Part shown: in pieces, positions 9,764-19,941 of the stretch
How the letters are laid out: the number at the start of each line of letters is the position of its first letter
Numbering within the stretch: position 1 is the stretch's first letter
Assembly: GCA_029004355.1 (NCBI GenBank)
Contig: JAQURV010000001.1
Location: 1-61,669 of the forward strand
Source: Candidatus Omnitrophota bacterium
GTDB lineage: Bacteria > Omnitrophota > Gorgyraeia > 2-01-FULL-45-10
DNA length: 61,669 nucleotides
Direction of reading: 5' to 3'
Made by a program: the position numbers and the translations under genes
The notes under the pieces: model-generated
Told to the model about the DNA's origin: nothing
What the model saw: the letters and a program-made list of their open reading frames with translations, nothing else
The model's database searches: none

Positions 9764-11185
9764 ATGGTCGATATTGTGCTGGTCTATCCTCCCGTCACGC
9801 TTACAGGGAGATACGGCGAAGTGGCGGGCGGCAGCGAAGTGCCTCCTCAGCCCCTCATCTATCTTTCCGCAATCCTGAAGAAGGCCGGATTTACCGTAGA
9901 GATAATAGACGCAAACGCACTGCGGTGGTCTTTAGAAGAGACGGTGGATAGCATTATAGCGCGGTCGCCAAAAGTAGTGGGCATCACCGCCCCGACCATG
10001 CTGATAGCCACAGCCGGACTTATTTCCGAGAAGGTAAAAGGACGCAATAAGGATATCCTTGCGGTAGTCGGAGGGCCCCATATCACGGCAGTGCCTGAGG
10101 AGACCATGGCTGCATATCCGCATATCGATATCGGCGTCATAGGAGAAGGCGAGATAACGGCCGTTGAGCTGATGAAGGCGGTCTCCGGGTCCGGCAAGAG
10201 ATCTCTCGATCCGGTGGACGGTATCATATACCGGCATAACGGCGGATTGAAGATGACCCGGAAGAGGGAATATATAAAAGACCTCGACACCTTACCCATG
10301 CCGGATTGGGGCGCTTTGCCGGACATACTCAGCCATTACCAGCAGTCCGTGGCAAGGATAGACCGGCTGCCGGCCATGTCTATTACTACATCGCGGGGGT
10401 GCCCGTATAGATGCACATTTTGCGCAAGGAACGTCTTCGGCAATACCTTAAGAACTCACAGCGCCGGCTATATCATGAAATGCATAAAGCATCTGAAAGA
10501 GAAATACAAGATAAGGAGCCTGGCCATAGAAGACGAGAATTTCGTCGTCTTTAAGAGCCGTCTTGCGGAACTTTGCCGGAGGATGATAGACGAGAAACTG
10601 GACATAACGTGGTCGTGCGCTTCAAGTATCAACGAAGTCAATCCGGAGATGCTGCGCCTCATGAAGAAGGCGGGCTGCTGGCAGATATCGTTCGGCATCG
10701 AAAGCGGTTCACAGCGCATACTCGATTTTATAAAGAAGGGGACGAAGATCCCGACCATCGAAAGCGCCCTGAAGATGACGAGGCGGGCCGGGATCATGAC
10801 CAAAGGTTATTTTATAATAGGCCATTTGACGGAGACTAAAGAGACTATAAGAGAGACGATAGATTTCGCCAAGAGGATATCCCTGGACGATTTCCAGATG
10901 TCTTTTATGGTGCCTTTGCCAGGGACCGAAGCATACACGATGGCGTGCGACTACGGCGCTTTCAATAACAACTGGTCGGAGATGAACATCTGGACGCCGG
11001 TCTTTATCCCGAAAGGCCTGACCCAGCATGACCTCGAGAGCCTGTCAAAGCAGGCCTTCAGGGAATTCTATTTCAGGCCCGGGCCCGTAGCGAATTTTTT
11101 AAAGAGGGCGTCCCGGCCGGCATACTTCAGGAAGTATTTTAAAGACGGCCTGAAGATCTTCAAATTCCTTTTAAAGAGCCGCTAA
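9764..11185 (+). CDS. B12-binding-domain radical SAM protein (paralog 3)
   Basis: 473 aa with IVLVYPP, VVGGPHITAVPEE and TSRGCPYRCTFC. Confidence 0.85.
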   Translation: MVDIVLVYPPVTLTGRYGEVAGGSEVPPQPLIYLSAILKKAGFTVEIIDANALRWSLEETVDSIIARSPKVVGITAPTMLIATAGLISEKVKGRNKDILAVVGGPHITAVPEETMAAYPHIDIGVIGEGEITAVELMKAVSGSGKRSLDPVDGIIYRHNGGLKMTRKREYIKDLDTLPMPDWGALPDILSHYQQSVARIDRLPAMSITTSRGCPYRCTFCARNVFGNTLRTHSAGYIMKCIKHLKEKYKIRSLAIEDENFVVFKSRLAELCRRMIDEKLDITWSCASSINEVNPEMLRLMKKAGCWQISFGIESGSQRILDFIKKGTKIPTIESALKMTRRAGIMTKGYFIIGHLTETKETIRETIDFAKRISLDDFQMSFMVPLPGTEAYTMACDYGAFNNNWSEMNIWTPVFIPKGLTQHDLESLSKQAFREFYFRPGPVANFLKRASRPAYFRKYFKDGLKIFKFLLKSR

Positions 11186-11201
11186 AGCGATAAGGAGAAG
11201 C

Positions 11202-12005
11202 ATGGCAGACAGGACCATACGGTTTATAATCCCCGCTTATAACGAGGGAAGTAATATCGCTCCTTTGCTTGAGAAGACTGACCAGAAGATGCGCGAGAAG
11301 GGATGTCGCTATCAGATAATCATAATCAACGACGGGAGCACCGACGATACAAAAGATACCGTTGAAAAATACGCAAAGCGTATGCCCATACAATTATTCA
11401 ATCACGATGGCAATAAGGGGGTCGGCGAAGCTTTCAGGAACGGTTTTGAGCTTGCCCTGAAAGGATCTTCCGGAGCCGACGTTATCATTACAAAAGAGGC
11501 CGACAACACGAGCGACCTGGGCATATTGGACAGTATGTTAAAGAAGATCGACGAAGGATACGATGTCGTGCTGGCCTCGTGTTATGCAAAAGGAGGCAAG
11601 GTGGTCGGGACTACCATAGACCGCCGCATCCTGAGTTCTATCGCGAATCTGTTCTTGAGTATCTTCTTCCCGATCAAAGGGGTGCGCACGTACAGTTCGT
11701 TCTACAGGGCGTATCGCGCAGATAACCTTAAGCGAGCCTTTGCGGCTTACGATAACCGCCTGATAGAAGAGAAGGGATTCGTCTGCATGGTGGAGATGCT
11801 GATAAAGCTGAGCCGCCTCCCCCTGCAGATAACGGAGATACCGATGATCCTCCGGTGCGATTTCAGGAAAGGCAAGAGCAAGATGAATAAGACGCGCACG
11901 ATAGCCACATACCTGCGTTTGATGACAAAGCGGTTCGGGAACGATGCGGGTATAGACGAAATAGTGGATCGATATAATAATATCACCGCGAGGCCCAAGG
12001 TATGA
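11202..12005 (+). CDS. Dpm1/ArnC-like GT2 (polyprenyl-phosphate sugar synthase type)
   Basis: 267 aa. It has a short soluble GT2 domain with IIPAYNEGSNI, IIIINDGSTDDT and ITKEADNTSD. An AAGGAG SD lies upstream, and the next gene is a GT-C-like membrane protein. Confidence 0.75.
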   Translation: MADRTIRFIIPAYNEGSNIAPLLEKTDQKMREKGCRYQIIIINDGSTDDTKDTVEKYAKRMPIQLFNHDGNKGVGEAFRNGFELALKGSSGADVIITKEADNTSDLGILDSMLKKIDEGYDVVLASCYAKGGKVVGTTIDRRILSSIANLFLSIFFPIKGVRTYSSFYRAYRADNLKRAFAAYDNRLIEEKGFVCMVEMLIKLSRLPLQITEIPMILRCDFRKGKSKMNKTRTIATYLRLMTKRFGNDAGIDEIVDRYNNITARPKV

Positions 12006-13531
12006 TATTCACCGCAGAGCAGAAGAAGGCCGGATCCGTTCTTCTCGTTATAGCCCTGCTCTTTATAGGGCTCTTGCTCAGGTCCATCAATATCGATAAA
12101 GAGATCTCCGGCGACGAGGCGCTGATCATGGGAATATGCAGCCAGGATTTCAATACGATGGTCGGCATGTTCATGAAGGCCGACGTCTATCCGCCGCTGC
12201 CATATATGGTGGTGCACTATATGCTTAAAGTCAATAAGGCCGTAGCTTTTATAAGGAGTTATTTCGTCCTTTTCGGTCTAGGCGCCTGCCTTATCATATA
12301 TCTATTGGCCAAAGAATATTTCAACATAACCGTCGCCAGGCTGGCTCTTACATTGAGCGTATTTTCTCCCATCTCGATCTTTACGTCGCAATATATCCGG
12401 AGCTATATCGACTCGGCATTTTGGATATTGCTATCATGCCTGTTCATGTTGAAGCTGTTAAAGGGAAAGGACCGTTTGGCCTATTGGCTGGGATATGTCC
12501 TTGCCGCTGCGGTCAGCCTGTATACTTTTTATCTCTCGGCATTGCTTATCGTCGCGCAGGCCGTATTCGTCACCATCCTCTTGTTCAGAGATAAGAAGAG
12601 ATTGCTTAAATGGTATGCGGCATTCCTCCTGGTAGGCCTGTGTTTCTTACCATGGCTGCCATCGGCCATCCACCAGTATAATAATATATCGATAGATAAT
12701 TATGACTGGTCGCAAAAAGGTTTCAATATAGGGCCTCTCCGGGTAGGCCTCTATATCCGTAATATATTTTCGGTCATAGGATTTGACCCATTCTTTATGG
12801 TATTCCGCGATGGAGCGGCCAGCCACTTCTCCGGGATGAAAGCATTATTGACGGCATCGGGCTTGACGGCCTTATTTATCGCATTTATTTATTACGTCAG
12901 GTCGCTCAAGAAGGGCGGGCCAAGGCTGCGGAGAGAACCGGCCGGATTCTTCTACTTTTTATTATTGGCGCCGCTTCTTATGCTGTGGATCATGGCGGGC
13001 GCCTTCAATATACTGCCGAATGCAAGATACCTGGTGGTCTTGAACGGATTCTTTCTCATAATCGCGGCAAGCGCGATATCGGAGATCTTCAGGGCAAAGC
13101 GCGTTTTAGGCATCCTGGCGGGCGTATTATTGATAGGGATCTTTGCCTCGAGGATCGCAAGCGCGGTAGGGCCCGAATTTGAATATAAGAAAGCGTCTTC
13201 ATTTATCGAAAAGAACATGCCCGAAGGAAGTTACCTGATCTGCGTATCGGTGCGCCCGGAGCTGGAGCGGCCGTATGCGTCTATAGACTTCGCGGACTAT
13301 ATAAAATTGAACGATAAGAAATCGGCTTATGTCATTTCGTCCGCCCAAAAGCTTGAAGAAGTGAAGGGTATTCTGGCGAAAGCCAAAAAGATATGGTTCT
13401 ACAGGGTTTATGGTAACATGGAAGTCTTCGGCGCCAATAATATAGTGGAAGAACTGCTTAAAAGAGAGGGTTATTCGAAGAAGGACACGGACCTTTTCAA
13501 AAATATCGATATAACGAGGTATGAGAAATAA
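12002..13531 (+). CDS. GT-C-fold membrane glycosyltransferase candidate (ArnT/PMT_2-like) with soluble C-terminal domain
   Basis: 509 aa and multi-pass. The first loop carries SGDEALI...YPPLPY, followed by the LFGLGACLIIYLLAKEYF pattern typical of PMT_2 proteins. ATGA overlap with the upstream GT2. Confidence 0.7.
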   Translation: MIFTAEQKKAGSVLLVIALLFIGLLLRSINIDKEISGDEALIMGICSQDFNTMVGMFMKADVYPPLPYMVVHYMLKVNKAVAFIRSYFVLFGLGACLIIYLLAKEYFNITVARLALTLSVFSPISIFTSQYIRSYIDSAFWILLSCLFMLKLLKGKDRLAYWLGYVLAAAVSLYTFYLSALLIVAQAVFVTILLFRDKKRLLKWYAAFLLVGLCFLPWLPSAIHQYNNISIDNYDWSQKGFNIGPLRVGLYIRNIFSVIGFDPFFMVFRDGAASHFSGMKALLTASGLTALFIAFIYYVRSLKKGGPRLRREPAGFFYFLLLAPLLMLWIMAGAFNILPNARYLVVLNGFFLIIAASAISEIFRAKRVLGILAGVLLIGIFASRIASAVGPEFEYKKASSFIEKNMPEGSYLICVSVRPELERPYASIDFADYIKLNDKKSAYVISSAQKLEEVKGILAKAKKIWFYRVYGNMEVFGANNIVEELLKREGYSKKDTDLFKNIDITRYEK

Positions 13532-13532
13532 T

Positions 13533-14960
13533 ATGAAGATCGTGCTATTGAATCCTCCGATGAGTTTCGAGGCGGCCCTGGGGAAGGCCAAGGATATCGG
13601 TAAGTATACGGTGATGATACCCCACGGTTTGGCCAGCATGGCTGCCGTACTGCGGGAAAACAATATCCGGTGCAATGTCATGGACGCATACGCGGAGAAT
13701 CTCAGCATCAAGGAGATAGTCGCCAGGATATCCGAACATAAGCCGTCGATAGTCGGGATCTCTGCCGTGACACCGGTGATCAATATCGTCCATTCGATCG
13801 CAAGCGAGATCAAAAAGAATAACCCGTCCGTCAGGATAGTTCTGGGCGGGCCGCACCCCTCGATCCTGCCGGGCGAAGTTTTGAATGATCCAAATGTAGA
13901 TTTTGTCATAACCGGCGAAGGAGAGTATGCATTTTTGGATCTGGCCCGTGCCCTGGATAAAAATTCCGACGTCGGCAGTATCCCCGGGGTCTCTTATCGC
14001 AAGAGCGGATCCACAATCCATAATAAACCGGCGACATATATTAAAGACCTGGATGCTCTGCCTCCTCCCGCGTATGATATGCTGCCGATGGATCTATATA
14101 CCACTCCGCCCCAATGGTCGCTGGCTTCGCCTTCATATCAGTTGATAGCTACCAGGGGATGCCCTTACGCTTGCGGTTTTTGCCGCGTCGGCCTCGGGGA
14201 AGAGGTGCGTTATAAGAGCGCCGGGAGGGTGTGCGATGAGATCGAATATTTGATAGAACACCATGATTGCAAACAGATCGTCTTTGTGGACACTACCTTC
14301 CCGTTCAACCTGAAACATGCCGAACAGGTATGTAATGAGATGATCTCCAGGGGCCTGAACAAAAAGATAGTCTGGTTTACCAGCACGAGGGTCGACATTG
14401 TCAATCAGCATATGCTCGATCTGATGTATAAGGCAGGATGCAGGCTGGTGACTTTCGGGATAGAGTCCGGCAACCAGCATATATTGGATTCGATCAATAA
14501 AAGGATAACGTTGAAACAGGCGGAAAAGGCCGTAGCGATGGCGCATAAGGCAAAGATCAATGTCACCGCCTCATATATACTCGGCCTGCCGGGAGAAGAC
14601 CGCCGGAGCATATTGAACACGATCAGGTTCGCGAAGAGATTGAATACGCTTTATGCGCAGTTCAATATAATCGTTCCGTATCCCGGGACGAAAGTATTCG
14701 ATTATGCGGTCCGGAATAACCTGTTGAGGCACAGGAATTGGGACAGCTACGTCTCTCTCACATCCCTGACCGATCTCGAGCCTCCGTTCGTGGCGGAGGG
14801 CCTGGACAAAGAAGAATTATTGGGCCTCCAGCGCAAGGCCTATAACAATTATTACCTGAGCCCGCGTCTGATAATGAAACATCTGAAGAAAGTGATAGTC
14901 AACCGCGAATTCAAAAAATATTTTACTTTGACGAGGATATTGTTCGACACGTTCAAGTAA
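13533..14960 (+). CDS. B12-binding-domain radical SAM protein (paralog 4)
   Basis: I chose ATG 13533 (MKIVLLNPP, matching the paralog N-termini) because it lies 1 nt after the upstream TAA. ATG 13521 is an alternative start. Motifs are IVLGGPHPSILPGE and ATRGCPYACGFC. Confidence 0.85.
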   Translation: MKIVLLNPPMSFEAALGKAKDIGKYTVMIPHGLASMAAVLRENNIRCNVMDAYAENLSIKEIVARISEHKPSIVGISAVTPVINIVHSIASEIKKNNPSVRIVLGGPHPSILPGEVLNDPNVDFVITGEGEYAFLDLARALDKNSDVGSIPGVSYRKSGSTIHNKPATYIKDLDALPPPAYDMLPMDLYTTPPQWSLASPSYQLIATRGCPYACGFCRVGLGEEVRYKSAGRVCDEIEYLIEHHDCKQIVFVDTTFPFNLKHAEQVCNEMISRGLNKKIVWFTSTRVDIVNQHMLDLMYKAGCRLVTFGIESGNQHILDSINKRITLKQAEKAVAMAHKAKINVTASYILGLPGEDRRSILNTIRFAKRLNTLYAQFNIIVPYPGTKVFDYAVRNNLLRHRNWDSYVSLTSLTDLEPPFVAEGLDKEELLGLQRKAYNNYYLSPRLIMKHLKKVIVNREFKKYFTLTRILFDTFK

Positions 14961-14975
14961 GGTGCGGATATAACG

Positions 14976-15650
14976 ATGAGCGATAAAGAATATTTTAAAA
15001 GGTTGTTCGATTCGCATTATCTCGACGAGATCGCCTTCTCCGAGAGGAAGAAGATATTCGACATGTTTGTCGAAAGGATCCGCCCCCGTCCGGACGAAAA
15101 GATCGTCGACATAGGGGTCTTCTGCGGCTCGACCGACCCAAAGATGAATTTTTTAGAGATGCTTTACGGCCATCCGGAAAAGATCACCGCTGTCGGGATC
15201 GAAGACGCAAGTTTCCTGGAGAGCCAATACAGCGGGTTAAAATTCATACGGACGGCGCCGGGCGCGGCGCTGCCTTTTGGGGACAACCAGTTCGATATCG
15301 GATTTTGCAGCGCCACCATAGAACACGTAGGCTCGCCGGATAGGCAGAGATATTTTCTTTCGGAAGCTATAAGGGTGTGTAAAAGGCTCTTCCTTACGAC
15401 ACCCAACCGTTTTTACCCGGTCGAATTCCATACGCGCGCGGTCTTTTTACATTGGCTGCCGAAGCCGGTTTTCAGGAAGATCATTAAATGCCTGGGCCTG
15501 GAATTTTATTCCAGAGAAGATAACCTTAACCTTCTTGATAAGGGAGAACTTCTGGCGCTGGTGCCGGAGCAGCACTCAAGACGTGCGCGCGTCATTTGTC
15601 ACAGGTTGTTTGGATTACCGTCAAACCTGATACTTATTGTGGAAAAATAG
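14976..15650 (+). CDS. Class I SAM-dependent methyltransferase (Methyltransf_11-like)
   Basis: 224 aa with IVDIGVFCG and LPFGDNQFDIGFCSATIEHV. Confidence 0.75.
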   Translation: MSDKEYFKRLFDSHYLDEIAFSERKKIFDMFVERIRPRPDEKIVDIGVFCGSTDPKMNFLEMLYGHPEKITAVGIEDASFLESQYSGLKFIRTAPGAALPFGDNQFDIGFCSATIEHVGSPDRQRYFLSEAIRVCKRLFLTTPNRFYPVEFHTRAVFLHWLPKPVFRKIIKCLGLEFYSREDNLNLLDKGELLALVPEQHSRRARVICHRLFGLPSNLILIVEK

Positions 15651-15651
15651 A

Positions 15652-17310
15652 ATGAAGAGATTTGCATTGCCCATACTTTGGATTATGATTTTGGTAATTT
15701 GCCTGAAATTAGCCTTAGGCTTATACGGCATTACCTGGGGAAATCCGGACCGCTGGGATGTCGACGATCGCCTGACCGCGGCGCTGAGGATGGTATCCGA
15801 AAAAACTTTTTTCTATAGTACCGTTCAATTCGCCCACCCGGTCTTTTACCTTTATTTTTTATTGGCCGCTCTGGTGCCGTATCTGGTCTTTTTGAAACTT
15901 ACGGGGTTTGACTTTCAGATAGCAAGAGAAGCGGCTTCAGCCTCCTGGCTTAATCTCACCAGGGTTTGTCCTGATCTTGCAAGCGGGATGCTCATATCCG
16001 GCAGGGTATCGTCGCTCTTGCTAGGCGCAGGCACCGTTTTGATAGTCTTCTTTCTGGCAAGAAGGATCTATGGGGCCAGGGCCGCCATTTTTTCGGCTAT
16101 TATACTGACCCTGAACGTTGGTTTGCTCGGGACGAACTATCTCATTAAGAACGAGAATCTTGCGCTATTCCTGATAGTCCTGGTCCTTTATATCTGGTCC
16201 GGTTTTTCGCAAAAAGAATTCAAATATAAAAGATTCTACTTGAGCTGCTTCTTATCGGGTTTAGCCATAGGAACGAAACTTGATTCGGCGATACTTCTAT
16301 TCGGCATAGGTTTGATGATGTTGCACCATTTAAGAAGTCCGATATTGAAGATAAGCAGGAAGACAGTATTTATTTTGGCAAGCTGCATATTTCTCTTGTT
16401 GGGAATACTGGCCGGTTATCCGCGGCTTATAGTCCCGGTGGATGCCCCCATGGGCGTTATCGACGGGTCCGTAAAAGCATTCTCTATATTATTTTCCGTT
16501 CCGACTATTTCGAATATAGCGCAGCAGGTAAGGACGGTTGCGCTTAACCTGGCGGCGTCTTTTAACGTTGTTATCTTGGTATTTTTAGTTTTGGGTATCC
16601 GGGCCTTCTTTGCCAGGCGTGAGAATTTTAAATATCCGGCATACCCCATATTTTCGATACTCATCCCGTATTTTTTCATCAATATCTTTTTGTATAGATT
16701 TGCCGCTACCAAATTTCTTGTCCTCTCCTTGCCTCTATTGGCGGTCCTGGCAGGGCTCGGTTTTGAACTGTTCTGGGTAAAGATGGCGCCGCGTAAACCC
16801 GCCAGGGCGGCCCTCTCGATCTTGACACTGATCTATTCTCTCTTTTATATCGTCAGGGCGGATATGGTATTTGCGAAGGATGATACGCGGTATATTTCTA
16901 CGCGGTGGATGGATAAGAATATTCCCGCCGGCGCAAGCATAGCCATATTGCAGCAACCGGAATTGATCTTCTCCTCGTTCCTTATAGGAAAGTACAGGGT
17001 CTATTATTTCGGAGAGAGATTGAGCTACGATAACAATCCGTACCCGAAGATGAGGATGACCGATATGAAAGGAGAGGCTTTTTTGAAAGGTATCTCCGGT
17101 TATGATTACGTCGTCCTGTCATCCTGGGATCGTATGGCGTTCGAGACCGGGACCAAGGATACGGTGAAAGAGACGTTTAGCGGCAACAGCAACTATGAAT
17201 TGGTAGAGACCGTACAGTATGATGAGGACCTGTTCTTTAATCCCAGGCCCTCCCACACGTGTCCGACGATATTCATATTTAAAACTTTAAGTAAGGAGCG
17301 GGCATCTTGA
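15652..17310 (+). CDS. GT-C-fold membrane glycosyltransferase candidate (ArnT/PMT_2-like) with soluble C-terminal domain
   Basis: I preferred ATG 15652 over the track's TTG at 15637. The protein is multi-pass, with first loop WGNPDRWDVDD and GRVSSLLLGAGTVLIVFFLARRIYG, and ends in a soluble tail of about 130 aa. Confidence 0.7.
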   Translation: MKRFALPILWIMILVICLKLALGLYGITWGNPDRWDVDDRLTAALRMVSEKTFFYSTVQFAHPVFYLYFLLAALVPYLVFLKLTGFDFQIAREAASASWLNLTRVCPDLASGMLISGRVSSLLLGAGTVLIVFFLARRIYGARAAIFSAIILTLNVGLLGTNYLIKNENLALFLIVLVLYIWSGFSQKEFKYKRFYLSCFLSGLAIGTKLDSAILLFGIGLMMLHHLRSPILKISRKTVFILASCIFLLLGILAGYPRLIVPVDAPMGVIDGSVKAFSILFSVPTISNIAQQVRTVALNLAASFNVVILVFLVLGIRAFFARRENFKYPAYPIFSILIPYFFINIFLYRFAATKFLVLSLPLLAVLAGLGFELFWVKMAPRKPARAALSILTLIYSLFYIVRADMVFAKDDTRYISTRWMDKNIPAGASIAILQQPELIFSSFLIGKYRVYYFGERLSYDNNPYPKMRMTDMKGEAFLKGISGYDYVVLSSWDRMAFETGTKDTVKETFSGNSNYELVETVQYDEDLFFNPRPSHTCPTIFIFKTLSKERAS

Positions 17311-18740
17311 AGAAGAGAGTCGTTGTGCTGGGCGCGGGGGTCTCGGGGCTCACCGCAGGCCATGAGCTTGCGCGCAAAGGGTTCGATGTCGTGGTCATCG
17401 AAAAGAGCGATTACATCGGAGGGCTTGCCGCCACCTTTTCATACAAGAACCACCTGATAGACTACGGTCCCCATAATTTCCATACGCATATACCGGAAGT
17501 CTTTCAGTTCGTGAAAGAGGACCTGGGTGTTCCGTTAAAGGGCATGTCGATCACCGCTTCCAAATTGTTCTTTATGGGGAAGTTCGTGAACTACCCCCTC
17601 AAGATACACGATGCCATACGCAACCTTAACTGGCGCGTGAGCATGAGATGTTTTTTTGATTATGTGCTGACCAGGGTAAAGCTTAAATTTACCAGAGGGA
17701 AGAACGAAGGATCTTTCGAAGAGTGGGTAAAAGGCAGGTACGGCAAATATGTATACGATCTGTATTTCGGCCCTTATGTGAAGAAAGTATGGGGCTTGCC
17801 CGGGACGGACCTGGATGTTACCGTAGCGCGCAAAAGGATACCTGAGCCGAGTCTCCTATATCTCATAGTCAGGAGCCTTACCGGTTTTAAATTCGGCCCA
17901 AAACACTCTGAGGACCCGGAGAGGGTAACGAGCCACTACCCCCCTAAAGGCATAGGGGTTATCTCCGACCGGCTGAGGGACGGGATAGTGAAGAGCGGGG
18001 GAAGGGTGGAGCTTAGTTGTAAGATCGGATCGATAGAGGCGCCGGCCGACAGGGGGGCGGAGAGGGTAGTTCATTATACCTCAGGAGGAGTCGGCAAGAC
18101 CTTGAAGTGCGACTATCTGGTAAGCACGATCCCGCTCGACAGCCTGTATGAGCTCCTCTCCGCGCCCGGGAAAGAGGGTATAGAAAAGGACGTCCGCGAG
18201 CTTCCTTACAGGTCGCTGATATTATTGTATATGTTCATGAAGATGGAAAAGCTTTTTGACGCGCCATGGATATACTTTAACGAAAGGGATAACCCGGACC
18301 TGATATTCAACCGGTTGTATGAAGTGGGGAACTTCAGCCCGGAGATGATACATGATAAAAAAGGCGTGCTCTGCCTTGAAGTAACGTGTTACGAAAATGA
18401 CGAGACATGGAAGAAGGCCAATGAGGACCTATTTAATATATGCATATCCTATCTGGAGAAGAACAAGTTCCTGGACAGGTCCCAGGTGCAGGAAGTATTG
18501 ACAAAACATATCGGCGTGGCGTATCCCATATTTAAAAAAGGATATATGCCCCACCTGTCGAAGACGCTCGGCTACCTTACCGATGAACTCGGTATCCTTT
18601 GCATAGGGCGTCAGGGCCTCTTCTCTTATGCGAATGTCGACCATTGCATAGATATGGGCCTGAAGGCGGGGCGGATCCTCGACGGGAAACCCCTCCGGTA
18701 CGACGATTTCTATAAGATGTACGAAAAGTACTTTTATTAG
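17307..18740 (+). CDS. FAD-dependent oxidoreductase, UDP-galactopyranose-mutase-like / amine-oxidase fold
   Basis: 477 aa. TTG start with an AAGGAG SD 8 nt upstream. Dinucleotide fold VVVLGAGVSGLTAGHELARKGFDVVVIEKSDYIGGLA, then YGPHNFHT and KRIPEP, reminiscent of Glf. Confidence 0.7.
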   Translation: MKKRVVVLGAGVSGLTAGHELARKGFDVVVIEKSDYIGGLAATFSYKNHLIDYGPHNFHTHIPEVFQFVKEDLGVPLKGMSITASKLFFMGKFVNYPLKIHDAIRNLNWRVSMRCFFDYVLTRVKLKFTRGKNEGSFEEWVKGRYGKYVYDLYFGPYVKKVWGLPGTDLDVTVARKRIPEPSLLYLIVRSLTGFKFGPKHSEDPERVTSHYPPKGIGVISDRLRDGIVKSGGRVELSCKIGSIEAPADRGAERVVHYTSGGVGKTLKCDYLVSTIPLDSLYELLSAPGKEGIEKDVRELPYRSLILLYMFMKMEKLFDAPWIYFNERDNPDLIFNRLYEVGNFSPEMIHDKKGVLCLEVTCYENDETWKKANEDLFNICISYLEKNKFLDRSQVQEVLTKHIGVAYPIFKKGYMPHLSKTLGYLTDELGILCIGRQGLFSYANVDHCIDMGLKAGRILDGKPLRYDDFYKMYEKYFY

Positions 18741-18757
18741 GAGGCCGTGATCATAAT

Positions 18758-19939
18758 ATGAAACCGAATTTCTTAAGAAATAAGAAGCCGCTCTTTAAGG
18801 ATAAATTATTTATCACCAGGCCCAATCTGCCCTCTATGGGCGAGCTTAAGCCGAAGATCGAGACTATGCTCAAGAGCAGGTGGGTGACGAACTTCGGGGA
18901 TTTTCACAACAAATTTGCCGGCAGATTGGAAGACATGCTCGAAGTCAAGCATGTCATCCCGTGCTGTAATGCTACCATAGCGTTATTTTTGCTCATGAAA
19001 GCGCTCGACCTGAAGGGCAGGGTGATCACGACCCCGTTCACATTTCCGGCCACGATACATGCCATACATATGGCCGGCCTGGAACCGCTATTTTGCGATA
19101 TAGACCCCGATAGTTACACGCTCGATGTGGACGAGGTCCGCAGGCATCTTACGCCCCGGGTTTCGGCGATCCTGGCGGTGAATGTATTCGGGAACGCGTG
19201 CGACGTGGTCTCTCTGGACAGGATAAGGGCCGAAGAGAAGATACCGGTAGTCTATGATTCCGCGCACTCACTGTGTACATATCATAAAAAGCGGCCTATA
19301 GGCGGCTTCGGCACTGCCGAGGTCTTCAGTTTCCACGCCACGAAGCTATTCACGACTCTCGAGGGCGGCGCGATAACGACCAACGATGATGATCTCTACA
19401 GGAAGCTTAAGCTTATGATCAATTTCGGTATTCAGGACGAAGAACACGTGGTCGAGGTCGGGCTGAATGCCAAGATGCCGGAGATGAATGCGATATTCGG
19501 CCTGATAGGCCTGGAGAAGATAAAGAAGATAATAGATAAACTCGCCTGCCTTAACGCCATCTACAAGAAGCGGCTATCCGGGATACCGGGCATTAAATTT
19601 CAAAAGATCCGGGAAGGGTGCCGGACCAATAACCAGTATATGGCCATAGAGATAATCCCGGAAGATTTCGGGCTGACAAGAGATATGGTCCACAGGGTAT
19701 TGAAAGAAGACAATGTCATCGCCCGCAAATATTTCTTCCCGGTAGGATACAGCTACGACTGTTATAAGGGGATGGATTTTGCGCGGGGCATCAGATTGCC
19801 TAATACGGAAAAGGTCTCAAGCCGCATCCTTTGCCTGCCCGTTTATTATTCCCTGGACGCGAAGGACGTCGAAAAGATATGCGACCTGATAGAGTCTATC
19901 TATGTATGCCGAAAGGAGATAGCAAGAAAGCTTAAGTAA
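18758..19939 (+). CDS. DegT/DnrJ/EryC1/StrS-family PLP-dependent sugar aminotransferase
   Basis: 393 aa with CNATIALFLLMKAL, TPFTFPATIHAI and FSFHATKLFTTLEGGAI. Confidence 0.9.
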   Translation: MKPNFLRNKKPLFKDKLFITRPNLPSMGELKPKIETMLKSRWVTNFGDFHNKFAGRLEDMLEVKHVIPCCNATIALFLLMKALDLKGRVITTPFTFPATIHAIHMAGLEPLFCDIDPDSYTLDVDEVRRHLTPRVSAILAVNVFGNACDVVSLDRIRAEEKIPVVYDSAHSLCTYHKKRPIGGFGTAEVFSFHATKLFTTLEGGAITTNDDDLYRKLKLMINFGIQDEEHVVEVGLNAKMPEMNAIFGLIGLEKIKKIIDKLACLNAIYKKRLSGIPGIKFQKIREGCRTNNQYMAIEIIPEDFGLTRDMVHRVLKEDNVIARKYFFPVGYSYDCYKGMDFARGIRLPNTEKVSSRILCLPVYYSLDAKDVEKICDLIESIYVCRKEIARKLK

Positions 19940-19941
19940 AT

